64,000 nt of DNA. Origin: Octopus bimaculoides (taxonomy: Eukaryota). The stretch covers positions 44,331,133-44,395,132 of the forward strand of contig NC_068994.1 in the NCBI RefSeq assembly GCF_001194135.2, read 5' to 3'. The notes under the pieces were generated by a model. The model was given only the letters and a program-made list of their open reading frames with translations, did not search any database and was not told the origin of the DNA. The translations under genes were made by a program, and so were the position numbers. This document shows positions 11,467 through 24,856 of this stretch, in pieces; positions within the stretch are counted from its first letter, which is position 1, and every line of letters begins with the position of its first letter.

Positions 11467-12816
11467 CACACACACACACACACGTGTATGTGTGTATCGA
11501 ATCCACTCAGAAGGCTTTGGTTGACTCAGGGTTATAATAGACATTACACTTGCTCCTAGCAAAAAGTATTAATTTCATCAAGATAACAATATTTACATTT
11601 TTTTTTCTTTTGTTTTTTTTTGTTTTTTTTCTTTTGTTAGATATCAAAAATTATATTCTGGTACACTTACCACATCTCCATAACAAGGCCTGATATACTT
11701 GGATGCATTCTGGAAAAATAACAATAATAATAATATCAGTTAGGGGCAACAAATTTCATTTTAATTCTTTTCTTTTCGAAACATTAATAAATTAAAGAAG
11801 AATGCAGCATGGAGTATATGTAGCAAATGTGATGTTTGATGCTAGTGAAACAGGTGTAGTGAATGGAAGATTAACAGAGGCTAAAGATGGATCGTCGTCG
11901 TCATCAACATCGTTGTCATTATCATCATCCTCATCATTGCTGTCATGTTGAGGAGGGGGTGAGAGCAGGCTAAGGAGGAGGGTGGTAGGAGGCTGAGGAG
12001 GGAGAGAGGATGCTGAGGAGGAGGGAGGGAAGATGCTGAGAAGGAGGCTAAGGAGGAGGGATGGAGGGGGTAAGCTGAGGCAGTGGGAGGGAGAAGGCTG
12101 AGGATGAGGGAGCGAGGAAGCTGAGGAGGTGGATATTTTTACATTGGTGCAAGGCCTAATCAACTGAAATGACCAGACCCTTCTCTTCTTCCGCTACAGT
12201 TTGCTGTGTTGTACTGATGCGAGATAACTTCACAGATGAGATAATAGATAAAAATTGACCATGAGTTAATCACACAAGTAATTCCAATGGAAAAATAGGT
12301 GTTTGGGGTCAATAAAAAAAAAAATATAGAAAGATTAACATGCTTTCAGGGAGGTTTCATAGATTGAAACACAAAAAGGTGCAGACATAGTGTATGTAGT
12401 TAAGAAATTCACTTTACAACTTTATAGTTTCAGGTTCAATTCCACTGCCCAGTACCTTGGGCAAATGTCTTCTACTTTACATTTAGACTGACCAATTCTG
12501 TTTGAGTGTAATTTAGCAGATGCAAAGTGTTGAAGTCATATTCATTATGTGTGTTTGATCTTTACTGATTTTAATTATTTGAAGTCTTCCTCTAAAGAAG
12601 AAACTGGTTTCTGACAAAGATGCAAAACTCCATCGATCGAATGTCATTTACAAAAGTGATGAGGTTACATTTTGAACTAGAAAATAGTTTTGCATATTTA
12701 TAATGTCCTGCTTACAGATTGTATTTTGCTGGCTGCTTTCTTTTTCTGGAAAAACAGTGCATATGCATAAGTGTGTGTGTGTGTGTGTGTGTGCATACAT
12801 ACATACATATGTATAC

Positions 12817-12871
<55 letters not shown>

Positions 12872-13269
12872 CGTTATATAAACAGTTATGTGTGTGTGTG
12901 CACGTGAGTGTGTGTCAGAGTATATGTTTACTGGCGTAAACCAAAATGTCAACCTGTGTTTCTTTATATCAAAAGCATAACATAGTAATTCAACAAATAG
13001 AGATCAATAAAATAAGTACCTGACTGAAATAAGCGCTGGGGTCGATATGATCGACTAAAACCCTTGAAGGCGGTGCCCCAGCATGACCACAGTTCAATGA
13101 CTAAAACCAGGAAAAGATTAAAAGTGTAGTAGAATACAAATGAAAGGAATGACATATAATATACTGTACATATGTCCCATACATGGAGACAGCCACCAAT
13201 GGTCCAATTAGAAAACCCTACAAATCCTTGATAACCCAAATTACCAAGGACAGATGCCCTCATCTAATA

Positions 13270-13480
13270 GTATGCTTTGGTTTGTAGCTTCATATTCAGA
13301 ATAGGCCCTCTCAGTCATACCACACTCACCACTCTCATCTCACCTTTCAGTAAATTTACTGGTGTGGTGATCAAATCTGTTTCTACCTTGACCTTCCTCT
13401 TCAAGTGGTACTTGAAGAAGTTGATAAGAAATCGGTTTGCCAGTAGAGAAAACCTCTGTCTTCAGTCCTCTTAATCCTTC
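13270..13480 (-). mobile_element. Decayed 3' end of a Tx1/L1-like LINE
   Basis: The minus frame reads RFLINFFKYHLKRKVKVETDL...MRVVSVV*LRGPILNMKL with internal stops. It resembles LINE ORF2 C-termini as I recall them. Confidence 0.45.
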
Positions 13481-14794
13481 ACATTAAAACAAGGTCATAA
13501 ATTGTAAAGGAGAAGCAAATTCTGGACTTTTAATTTGAAAAGGCCTTAAGCTATATAAACTTTGAATATTCTTTGTAGAAAAATTATACCGGGTTTCACA
13601 AAAATTGAAGACGTATATGTCTTTAATTATTTTGAAAATCTTGCATATTGTGAGGTCCTACACTGTAGCTCATTTAGCTTATGCCTAAATCTGGCAATGC
13701 AGAGGAGTTTAGTCAACTGTCTCATTCCCAGTACATTATTGGTATGATTTTATCTACACCAGAGTGACAAATGACAATGTCGATCCTGGCAGAATTTCAA
13801 CATACAAAAATTCATTGAATAATAATAATTTATTCAATTAGTACAAAGCCAGATTTTTTGGTTAGGGAAGGGAATAGTTGATTATGGTGATCCTTAGTTG
13901 TTTTATTGCAGAATGCGTGGTCAATGCTAAGGCATATGAAATGATAATGACAAGCTGAAAGAAATCTTGAGGAAATGGATGTTAAGAAAGTAACTGAACA
14001 TCAAAATCCAATTTCTCTTTACATCTTGTTTATTGTGTGCAGACTTGGTGGTGGACTTAATCAAAGGGAAAAGGCCAGTTCCCATTATCTTTTTAGGGGC
14101 TTCAGACTCTGATTAGAGGAAAAGAGAAGCTATCTTCTGACATAGGGCTCAAATGCTTGAAAGTGAATTCCACTAAAGGCACACCAGGACCAGATGGTAG
14201 GTTAAACAAAATGATATATTAATGTGTGCAAACCCAGAAAATTCAAGGTCAGTCCAACGGCTGGTGATCTTCATTGGTAAAAAGTTAAATCATAAAATTA
14301 ATAAAAAAATAAAATAATAAATTACAGAAAATTTGTTTCTTATGAAAAATAGGCATCTATTATTTTAGACTCCTATAATGTATTTTTGCTTTCAAACTTT
14401 TATAATTACTTTGTAAATGCTTATGACCAAGGTCTACTGTTTTAATGAGACCTATCAACTCACCATGCTCAGCAGTTACATAGTCACACCTTAATGGCAA
14501 TGTATTTATATATTAATAATTTGTTTTGTACGCTAGATAATCCATTTGATCACAAGGCACTGCTGAAGAGTACTACATCTTTTTGTACTATGAGAAACCG
14601 GGAACAAATTTTTTCAGTAGGGTCCATCACTCTACCATATATATATATAACAACAACAGCTCGTCAGACTATATAAAGAGTATGATGAGCGGTCCACAAA
14701 GCTTTGACTTTGCTTTTGCCAAACCACTAAGTTACAAGGACGTCAAACACACCAAAATCAATTGTCAAACGATGGTAGGGGAACGAACACAGAT

Positions 14795-14838
<44 letters not shown>

Positions 14839-14850
14839 GCACATATATAC

Positions 14851-15228
14851 ATAGGCGTAGGAGTGGCCTATGGTTCCGGGTTCAGTCCCACTGTGTGGCA
14901 CCTTGGGCAAGTGTCTTCTGCTATAGCCTCAGGTCAATCAAAGCCTTGTGAGTGGATTTGGTAGACAGAAACTGAAAGAAGCCCGTCGTATATATGTATA
15001 TATGTGTATGTGTATATGTTTGTATGTCTGTGTTTGTCCCCCCAGCATCGTTTGACAACCAATGCTGGTGTGTTTACGTCCCTGTAACCTAGCAGTTTGG
15101 CAAAAGAGACCGATAGAATAAGTACTAGGCTTACAAAGACTAAGTCCTGGGGTCAATTTGTTCGACTAAAGGCAGTGCTCCAGCATAGCCACAGTCAAAT
15201 GACTGAAACAAGTAAAAGAGTAAAAGAG
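14851..15228 (+). mobile_element. SINE family A near-full copy (CORE/OR2-like central domain)
   Basis: ggcgtaggagtggc...gttcagtcccactgtgtggcaccttgggcaagtgtcttctgctatagcc..., internal (TA/TG)n, and a gtaaaaga tail. Confidence 0.85.
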
Positions 15229-15729
15229 ATATATACATGAGTGTTTGTATGATTTGGAGAGTGATGGACTCGACCAAAGAAATTTGTTCTTAATGCATCA
15301 TGTAACAAAAAGATGTAATTGTCTTCCAAACAGTTTTATGAATCAAACAGGCATCTGACTTAAAATAAAATTATTTACATGGGACTATATAGTTGTTATG
15401 GTGCGACTATGCAACTGCTGAACATAGTGAAATGTTAGGTTCCATCAAACAGTCTGACCCTAGTCAAAAACATTTACAAAGTAATAATAAAAGTTTAAAG
15501 ATTAAAAAAATGTATAACAAAGGTGTGAAACAATGAACTTTTTCACTCCAGTTTTTTCTTTTTTTAGTAAATTTTTATGATTTAACTGCTTTGCTGATGA
15601 TGACATACCCACCCTCAACAGTGTCCTAGATATTCTCTTCTAAAGTACTTGATTGTTTTAATACCTACAACTGTACAACCTAACTCAAGGTATGATAATC
15701 TATTTGATTCATAACAAAAAAATATATAC

Positions 15730-15885
15730 CTGTGAAGTCATCGGTGGTTTAATTGCTGTAGTTGATGCTTTCCACTCATTTTGAGGTTCCAGCACAAAGT
15801 AGAATTGGCTTGAGGAATCTATCAGTTGGGATTCTGTATTCCGTCTTTCATTAAGGTTTCTTGCTAGAGTAGCTGAATGACGGTT
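15730..15885 (-). CDS. Repeated coding exon, copy 3 in transcription order (52 codons, phase 0-0): NRHSATLARNLNERRNTESQLIDSSSQFYFVLEPQNEWKASTTAIKPPMTSQ
   Basis: Acceptor ttcttctttctttcag|aac and donor cag|gtatat. 156 nt, open only in this frame. Paralogous to the exons at 20303 and 26970. Confidence 0.88.
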
Positions 15886-16526
15886 CTGAAAGAAAGAAGA
15901 TAAAAATTAATTTTGAAGACATACATAGGATTATACGGAAATTTTGCAGAACTGTACAAATTTGATTTAATAGGATAATAATTCATTTAGACTTTAGCTT
16001 CATGGCAGTTATTTAGTTTCGTGGTTGTTATTTAGTATTGTCAATTAGTTACAAGGCAACCTTATTTCTGCTGGTTTCATAAGAAAGGACTCAGTACGCT
16101 CTGTTAAGCGGTTGGCATTAGGAAGAGCATCCAACAATAGAAACTAAGCTGAAACTGAAGCACTGGAGTACATGGTTCTCTGACTCATTAGATGCAGTTG
16201 AAATGTTCAACCCATGCCAGAAGGTGAATGTAAAATGATGATGATAATGATGCAGATGATGGTGATGATGATGATGATGAGGAGGAGGAGGAGGAGGAGG
16301 AGGAGGAGGAGGAGGAGGAGGAGGTGGAGGAGGATAACAATCATAACTTATGTGGTGTATGTCTGTAAATCTATGTATATCTATATACAATACCCAAGAG
16401 ACTCTACACCAAATGATCCTATAATATTTTGGAAAAGATTCCCCTTTTCAAATGGCCAAAAGAAAGTGATTAAAGAGTTTAGAGAATTATATTGTTGTTA
16501 GCATACTATTTTAGCCTGGATGCTTC

Positions 16527-16841
16527 AAACAGAGTGAACTCTGTTATAAACCTCAAGATGCCAGTAGTGGTGTTAAACAAAGTAACAGATGAAGTTTAAG
16601 CCTTAGAAGGATTTAAACTCAGAATGCAAAGAGCCAGAACCAATCTGATATTCTTACAGTTCTTCAAATCCACCAACCAGGATTGCCGCTTTTTTTGTTT
16701 TTCATTGACTTCAAAAAGGACAAAAAGCAAAACAGATTTTAACAAGATTTGAACCCAGATTACAAAGATTCAAAACAGAGTGAACTCTGTTATAAACCTC
16801 AAGATGCCAGTAGTAGTGTTAAACAAAGTAACAGATGAAGT
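16527..16841. repeat. 69-bp direct repeat pair (16527-16595, 16773-16841) bracketing SINE debris
   Basis: aaacagagtgaactctgttataaacctcaagatgccagtagt(g/a)gtgttaaacaaagtaacagatgaagt occurs twice with one mismatch. Confidence 0.9.
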
Positions 16842-17680
16842 CTGGGTTCAAAGGTAATATTAACTAAAGAACTAAAGAAGTGGAAACTGTAAAATAATGG
16901 ATTTATATTTTAATCTGAGTTCAAATCCTGCTGAGGTCAACTTTGCTTTTTATCCTCTCAGGTTTCTGACATGAACTAAGAGTTATTCAATCGATTTTAC
17001 CCAGAAAAAGTGTGAATTTGCATTAATGTAAGAAACTAATAATAATAATTACTAATAAAGGATATGAAAACCATAAAAATATTGAATCTATAGCTCAAGT
17101 TATAATCCCTGTTTTAGCTTCAAGTAAAACCTTGTTAATCTGCTAGTTAAATACCTTTATCTCAGAGACAAGGGGAGAAAATGACTGTTCCAATATGGAG
17201 GTGAAAATAAAGTCAAGCAAGTCAATAGAAAACAAAACAACCAAAATATCAGTGGGTCATTTAACTTTACATTGATCTTAGATCTTTTCTACTTATAAAT
17301 CATTTCTTGTAATTTCATCCCCTCATTGTTAGAATGCTTAACCCTAGGTCAACCCTATCCAAGTAGACTCTATACTGAAAGGCATTTATACAGAAACCAC
17401 CCCATTCTTTTAATATTATGTAATGGATTAAAGGCAGCGAGCTGGCAGAAACATTAAGACATCGGGCAAAATGCTTAAATTGAGAGAATCCTACAAACCA
17501 GACCATTATATAGAAAAACTAATGTCGACCCCTAATATATGAAATAGGACATATTGAATGATCTGTAGTGAGCAGAATGAGATGATTGGGCGCAGCTGTT
17601 TGGATGCTGACAATTTGGCATGAGTGACTGGACATTCAACCTGTTTTAGCCACTGTACATTTTGGCACTGAAGCCAAACC

Positions 17681-17730
<50 letters not shown>

Positions 17731-17901
17731 CACAGAAATATACACATACAGATCAAAAGAGTGAGAGAAAGTGAAAGAGTGGGAAAAGAGAGAGACATTA
17801 CAATTTATTAATTGAACATGACTGACAGAGACATCTTCCCTTTCCTCAGACACATAAAAAAGAAATATGCTCACACACATAAACAGAGAGGGAGAGAGAG
17901 A

Positions 17902-17980
<79 letters not shown>

Positions 17981-18019
17981 TGATGGGGAGAGCAAGAGAA
18001 ATATTATAAGTTTGATGTC

Positions 18020-19200
18020 AGATATGTCAGCGTTGAATCACTGACACCAAATAAGTGGCACCAAAATGGCTGCGTGAAAATGTCTCATACCCTATAGTAA
18101 GATAGCATCTTCAGTATCGTAGTCATATGCCAAGGATCTACCTGTAGTTAATGATTTCAAATAGCAGCAGGATGTTTTGATAATATTTCAAATGTAATCT
18201 CACCAAAGAAAATCAATGAGAAAAGAATATAAACAGTGGGGAAATCTCTATAGTAAAATATGCTTATCAGTCTAAATCCTTCCACAAGAATGAAATGGTA
18301 AATAGAAAAATGTGTGATATATTGTACAATATTTTTTTTTAAATGATGAAGATTAAGTTAAAGACATTAATTAAACATTAATTATGCCAGTTCTCAATGA
18401 TGAAGTATGACAGGTATCATAAATATTTTTTTATTTTTTAAACTGATAGGCATCTGTGTTTCCTAGACAAAAATCTTTACAAAATATCAAAGTGTTAAAA
18501 CCTAAGATATAAATTAGCTGAAAATCATATCTATAAGATATTGAAACTTTGGAAGATAGAATTCTAATAAACTGTGTCAATATGGCTGAAGAATTATTAA
18601 CTATCAATGGAAAAGATCTCTGGAGACATTTTTGGTGATAGACATTTGGGAATTAGTTTTGTCTGTTTAATGAAACAGCTTCATAATGTGAAGTGTTGCC
18701 TCTTTGCATCACTTTTCAAATTCAGAATTAGTAATTTTCACTTTCTGATAATGCTTTCTTTGTATTTTGTCTTAAATAATAATAAAAAGAAGAAATTTTT
18801 AAAAATTGAAAATTGACACAAATATAATCTTTCTTCTTAAAATCAATAATTTTTAATCTTTTAATAAAAAAAATAAACTAAAGAAAAGAACCAGCGAAAT
18901 TTCGTAGAAATAAGAAAAATATAGAGGAATCTGCTATAGTATGAAATACCAAAATTAATATGAGGATATATTTATTTAGACTTATCAAAGAGATTATATT
19001 TGACAGAGATGATATTTCAAAGTAAATTCCATATATTTTGAAGAAATACTAAATTCCCCTGAAGCTTATCTTAAAATAGTTTAACTAGTGTTATTCAATA
19101 GTTTGATCATGTTGATGAAAATATTGAGCCTTCACCAAACTTCTAAGATGTGCTGGGTCTTTTATAAGTGCTAGTATTATGCATTTGCAATAAACTGGAT
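18020..19200 (+). mobile_element. Possible heavily decayed DNA transposon (MULE-like)
   Basis: GC-richer terminal-like segment (gcaccaaaatggctgcgtgaaaatgtctcatacc), then broken reading-frame remnants (GKDLWRHFW; HVDENIEP). Weak. Confidence 0.25.
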
Positions 19201-20162
19201 TCTCATCCAGAGGGAAATATAAACATCACAGAATCCAGAAAACTGGCCTTATGAAGCTCAGGAAGTATTATGCATGTAAAAGTAAACAGATTCTGAAAAT
19301 GCTTTAATATTTTTTTAAATAATAACCAGTCACATCTTACTTCTTAGTAACAGTACAGATAAAAGGGAAGTTGCAGAGTTGAAAAACTTGCTTGATGCTG
19401 TTAACCTAGAGTAGAATTTGTCAGTTATAACAGGATTAAAGCTTGCACCTTGAGAGGGCAAGAGTCATATCGGGGCTTAAAAAAGTTGTAAAGGATTAAA
19501 TATCTCTACATATCAGTTATGGCTGAATGGGTAGGAAGTTTGCTATGCAACAATGGAATTTGAGGTTCAATCACACTGCACTGCACCTTGAACAAACGTG
19601 TTCTACCATAGCTTCAAGTATGAAATATACTTGTTTTCATCCAACATCATTTTATATATATTTGCTATAATTTTGTATATATTTGAATCGAATTATACTT
19701 GGGCATAGTAATTTTAATTTTAAAAAAAATGTTCCAAACTTTTGGCCATCACTGTAATATGAAAGAGGGGAAGGACAAAGAAGTAAGCAAGCTGAGGTAG
19801 ATTGAGTAGAGAGGATCCAAGGCTCTCCGGAATATTTATGTATTATCATCATCCTACATCATGTTTCTATGCTTGCATGGTTAGAACAATTCATTAGGAT
19901 CTGAGACCATTTTCATTGCAGTTAGACAAGCTTATTGTTTGGGGAGTTTGCAGAAGGAGGAATAAAAATAGCAGTGTTAGAGAAGGGAGTTATAGAGACA
20001 AAGGGGGAAAATAGTGTCAGAGGGTATACTGAGAAAGAGTTAGAGATTACAGATAAGAACAATGGGGTGAGTAAAGTACACCTAATGCTACCCATGGGTG
20101 GGTAAAGTGGTGGGTGAAGGAAAGACGATGAGGAGGAAAAGCCAGAGCATCCCTTTTTCTTG

Positions 20163-20204
<42 letters not shown>

Positions 20205-20302
20205 CCCCAATTAAGGGCCTCAGAAACCACATGTAGCCTTGAGGATCACAGATTCCAATATTATTGCAGAAATAGCCATGTTAGAATAAAGTTAGTATTT
20301 AC

Positions 20303-20458
20303 AGGAGCAGCTCTCTGGAATTCCACTGGTGTAGTAGAAGCTATCCATTCATTTTGTGGTTCTAACACAAAGTAGAACTGACTGGAAGAATCTATCAACT
20401 GTGATTCTGTATTTCTTCTTTCATTTAAATTTCTTGTTATGGCAGCTGAATTGCGGGT
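20303..20458 (-). CDS. Repeated coding exon, copy 2 (52 codons, phase 0-0): TRNSAAITRNLNERRNTESQLIDSSSQFYFVLEPQNEWIASTTPVEFQRAAP
   Basis: Acceptor aattttttttacag|acc. The donor cct|gtaaat is weaker but gives the same 156-nt length as copy 3. 37/52 aa identical to copy 3. Confidence 0.85.
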
Positions 20459-20667
20459 CTGTAAAAAAAATTATGAAATATGACAGTAATATAATATAAG
20501 ATAATAAAATATAATATAATATAATGAAATATAATAATATAATATAATAATATATAAATATCTCATCACAGATTTATAGACATTTGTAGACTGGAAATAT
20601 TTAAATATTTTTATAAATAGAACAAAAAATATGACGAGTGGAATGTCATTTTGTTTTGAAAAATGTT

Positions 20668-20723
<56 letters not shown>

Positions 20724-21972
20724 AATAGGATTTTATCCCTAATATTATTATTATTATTATATATATATATCAAGTCCTTGTTGATAATTTGTTGATTTAT
20801 CAAACAGTCATTGCTCACTCATTTACCTGATTACCTGAGTTAGGAGTTAGGTAACGCATTACATAACCTAACTAATTGTGTTATGCTTGCAACAAAATGA
20901 AAACTCCTAATGAAACAATTGTAGTAAAACCAGATGATTCATTTGTCTGTCTTTATTACGTTTTTACACCACTTGTAAGGTTCCATTTATCATTGAATAC
21001 TTTCGGAGTTGTGGATTGCCTAACAACAGTGATCTTCATTCATCAATGCCTTCTGTGCTGAGATAATAATGGTTAACTCAGCTGTCTGCTTTGTGTGATT
21101 CTGTCTGGCCAATTAGTGGCATGTTTCGCTTTGTTATGCCTTGATGCTGTATGGATCTCTATATATGCATATATGTATAGACACAATGTGACTTATTAGA
21201 AAATCTAAGATAAATTTGAAGTAGTTAAACAGCAAATTTTAACCTTTTCATAATGGAAATTTAAACAGATGTAAATACAGCAATTTATTCAACAAAGGAG
21301 ATTGCCCTAACATGTTTCACAGTTCATTGAACCACGCATTCAAGGATAAGTACCCCATTCATTCCTCAGTCAACAAAGAGAACTTACTGCAAATAGCTAT
21401 TTAAATCAAACATAAACTAGTAGTTAGCTGTTATGGTTAGATTAATTTGCATACTAGGGATTTGTCAGAAGTGTGATTAAATAAATGATAATACTGTTTA
21501 TGCAATATGTAGTGTGTATTAGAAACAAACAGATGAGTAATCAATGCAGAGCATTTCCCCATATTTCGTGTCCAAAGAGAATAACAATATGTATTTAAAT
21601 TCTAACAGCAAAAGGCTTAAAAATTGCAGTTTAACTAGTTTTAATTTACCACAGTTTTCCTAATACACACAGCATTTTGCATAAGTAATAATTATTATCA
21701 CATTACTGACTAGCAAACAAAGATTAAGCTAATTAGTCTAGAAATTATAGATAAGTTCTAATTTGGATTTTACTGAAATAGCCTTTTTGCTATAATTTTC
21801 TTTAGGAAAAGAGGAATGTCTTCTGATCAGTGGTCAATGAACTCTGATAGTTAAGACATTTTATTTTCATTTTTCTATGTCAAATGGAAATAACAATACT
21901 GCTTCTATCACTAAAAATGAACATATGCAACAACATATGTAAGCAAACTTTTTTGTCAGTATGATACAATAC

Positions 21973-22004
<32 letters not shown>

Positions 22005-22190
22005 GTGGAGGCGCAATGGCCCAGTGGTTGGGGCAGCAAACTCGCAGTCGGAGGATCGCGGTTTCGATTCCCAGACTGGTGTGTTTATTGAACAAAAACA
22101 CCTAAAGCTCCACGAGGCTCCAGCAGGGGATGGTGGTGATCCCTGTTGTACTCTTTCGCCCTAACTCTCTCTCACTCTTTCTTCCTGTTT
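22005..22190 (+). mobile_element. SINE family C copy truncated by an assembly gap
   Basis: Same head as 8333-8713. Confidence 0.85.
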
Positions 22191-22593
22191 NNNNNNNNNN
22201 NNNNNNNNNNNNNNNNNNNNNNNNNNNNNNNNNNNNNNNNNNNNNNNNNNNNNNNNNNNNNNNNNNNNNNNNNNNNNNNNNNNNNNNNNNNNNNNNNNNN
22301 NNNNNNNNNNNNNNNNNNNNNNNNNNNNNNNNNNNNNNNNNNNNNNNNNNNNNNNNNNNNNNNNNNNNNNNNNNNNNNNNNNNNNNNNNNNNNNNNNNNN
22401 NNNNNNNNNNNNNNNNNNNNNNNNNNNNNNNNNNNNNNNNNNNNNNNNNNNNNNNNNNNNNNNNNNNNNNNNNNNNNNNNNNNNNNNNNNNNNNNNNNNN
22501 NNNNNNNNNNNNNNNNNNNNNNNNNNNNNNNNNNNNNNNNNNNNNNNNNNNNNNNNNNNNNNNNNNNNNNNNNNNNNNNNNNNNNNNNNNNNN

Positions 22594-22633
<40 letters not shown>

Positions 22634-22634
<1 letters not shown>

Positions 22635-22800
22635 CGACGGGCTTCTTCCAGTTTACGTCTACCAAATCCACTCACAAGGCTTTGGCCAGCCCGAGGCTAT
22701 AGTAGAAGACACTTGCCTAAGGTTCCACACAGTGGGACTGAACCCGGAACCATGTGGCTGGTAAGCAAGCTACTTACCACACAGCCACTCCTGTGCCTAT
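22634..22800 (-). mobile_element. SINE family A 5' part
   Basis: Reverse complement of the family A head. A separate family A 3' part lies on the minus strand at ~23150-23360. Confidence 0.8.
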
Positions 22801-22891
22801 GTATATTTATATATACATATATATGTATATCTATATATATACATTTATGCATGTGTGTATATATATGTGTGTGTGTGTAAGTTTTGAACTG

Positions 22892-22954
<63 letters not shown>

Positions 22955-23018
22955 CTGTACATATATGCATATGCATTTATAGGTACATATATATACACAC
23001 ACATACATACATATGTAT

Positions 23019-23088
<70 letters not shown>

Positions 23089-23369
23089 ATGTGTATGTAT
23101 ATATATACACATTATATGATGATGATGATGATGATGATGATACTTTTTAGCTTATACGTGTTTCAGTCATTGGACTGCGGCCATGCTGTAGCTCTATCTT
23201 TAAGAACTTCATTGAAAAAATTCAACCCTAGTACTTATTTCTTTTAAGCCTGGTACTTTTTCTATTCTTCTGCTGAGCTGCTAAGTTACAGGGATCTAAC
23301 AAACCAATGGCAGTTGTCAGGTAGTAGTTGTGGACAAGCCAAGACACACATAATATAACTACATACGTT

Positions 23370-23422
<53 letters not shown>

Positions 23423-23834
23423 CTTTATATATTGTCACTTTGCTGTATAACTTATTTATGGTATCTTTCCTATCTATTTAATATTCTGATTATCAATTTC
23501 TTAAGCTGTAACTCATGGAAATAATCATTAGTGTGTCAAAAAAAAAACTCTTTATAATATTATTCCTTTGTGAATCTTTGTAATCTATTTCCAGATCTTA
23601 ACATGATCATTTTTACTTTCAACCCATTCCATAATGGAGACATTCTTGTGTAAGTACCATCAACAACTGGGGGTTGATATTATCAAATACAAACGTTGGA
23701 GTTCATCGCAAAACTTCAAGTCTTGTGCCTATATAAGAAATCAATACCAAGTCTATTTTCTCTTTATATTCTTTATATTCTATGTACAGTGCTACATACA
23801 ACAATGAAATATCTCTCCTCTGTTTCAACCAGTC

Positions 23835-23906
23835 GATTCTGTTCTATTCTGTTCTATTCTGTTCTATTCTGTTCTATTCTGTTCTATTCTGTTCTATTCT
23901 GTTCTA
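23835..23906. repeat. (TTCTATTCTG)n decanucleotide repeat
   Basis: About 7 tandem units, directly visible. Confidence 0.9.
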
Positions 23907-24109
23907 CTTATGAGCTATAATTACACTGTCACAGTTACCTCAGTGTAACATCATACAGGTTTCTCTCTGTAGATGATATGGTCTGGGTTACACTGCACTT
24001 ATTACACTGCAGTAGTTACTTACATTCAGATAATATTGGTCACAGTGTATTAGTCATGCTGCTTTGGTTACAACAGCAGCTTTTTCTAGCAGAATACTTC
24101 CTACTATAT

Positions 24110-24160
<51 letters not shown>

Positions 24161-24506
24161 NNNNNNNNNNNNNNNNNNNNNNNNNNNNNNNNNNNNNNNN
24201 NNNNNNNNNNNNNNNNNNNNNNNNNNNNNNNNNNNNNNNNNNNNNNNNNNNNNNNNNNNNNNNNNNNNNNNNNNNNNNNNNNNNNNNNNNNNNNNNNNNN
24301 NNNNNNNNNNNNNNNNNNNNNNNNNNNNNNNNNNNNNNNNNNNNNNNNNNNNNNNNNNNNNNNNNNNNNNNNNNNNNNNNNNNNNNNNNNNNNNNNNNNN
24401 NNNNNNNNNNNNNNNNNNNNNNNNNNNNNNNNNNNNNNNNNNNNNNNNNNNNNNNNNNNNNNNNNNNNNNNNNNNNNNNNNNNNNNNNNNNNNNNNNNNN
24501 NNNNNN

Positions 24507-24560
<54 letters not shown>

Positions 24561-24811
24561 CACACATATATATATATAAACAAATATATACATACATGCG
24601 TCTATATATACACATGTAATTATATAAATATATGTATTTGTATATGTGTGTGTGTTTGTGTGTGTGTGTACATAAAAATTGAGGGGATAGTTATAATTCA
24701 GGCTGTCACATTTTCAACACTTCATGTAGGATCCTAGCTTGCATAGTGGTTGATTAACTGAATAAACATCGGTTAAACTCCAATTAATTAGAGCCCTTCA
24801 TAAATCAAAGG

Positions 24812-24856
<45 letters not shown>

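Noticed and set aside
13240-13475. Apparent exon with ISYQLL (ITIM-like) and an in-frame TGA suggesting readthrough or selenocysteine
   Set aside because: Another frame of the same DNA resembles a decayed LINE C-terminus, the acceptor is weak, and no SECIS was seen.
20950-21170. Segment reading GITKRNMPLIGQTESHKADS, loosely like the repeated exon
   Set aside because: It has in-frame stops, no YFVLEP core, and no matching splice sites.
23597-23651. Plus-strand AG...GTAAGT-bounded mini-exon (LNMIIFTFNPFHNGDIL)
   Set aside because: It is isolated and on the opposite strand from the supported exons, with no partner exons or homology.
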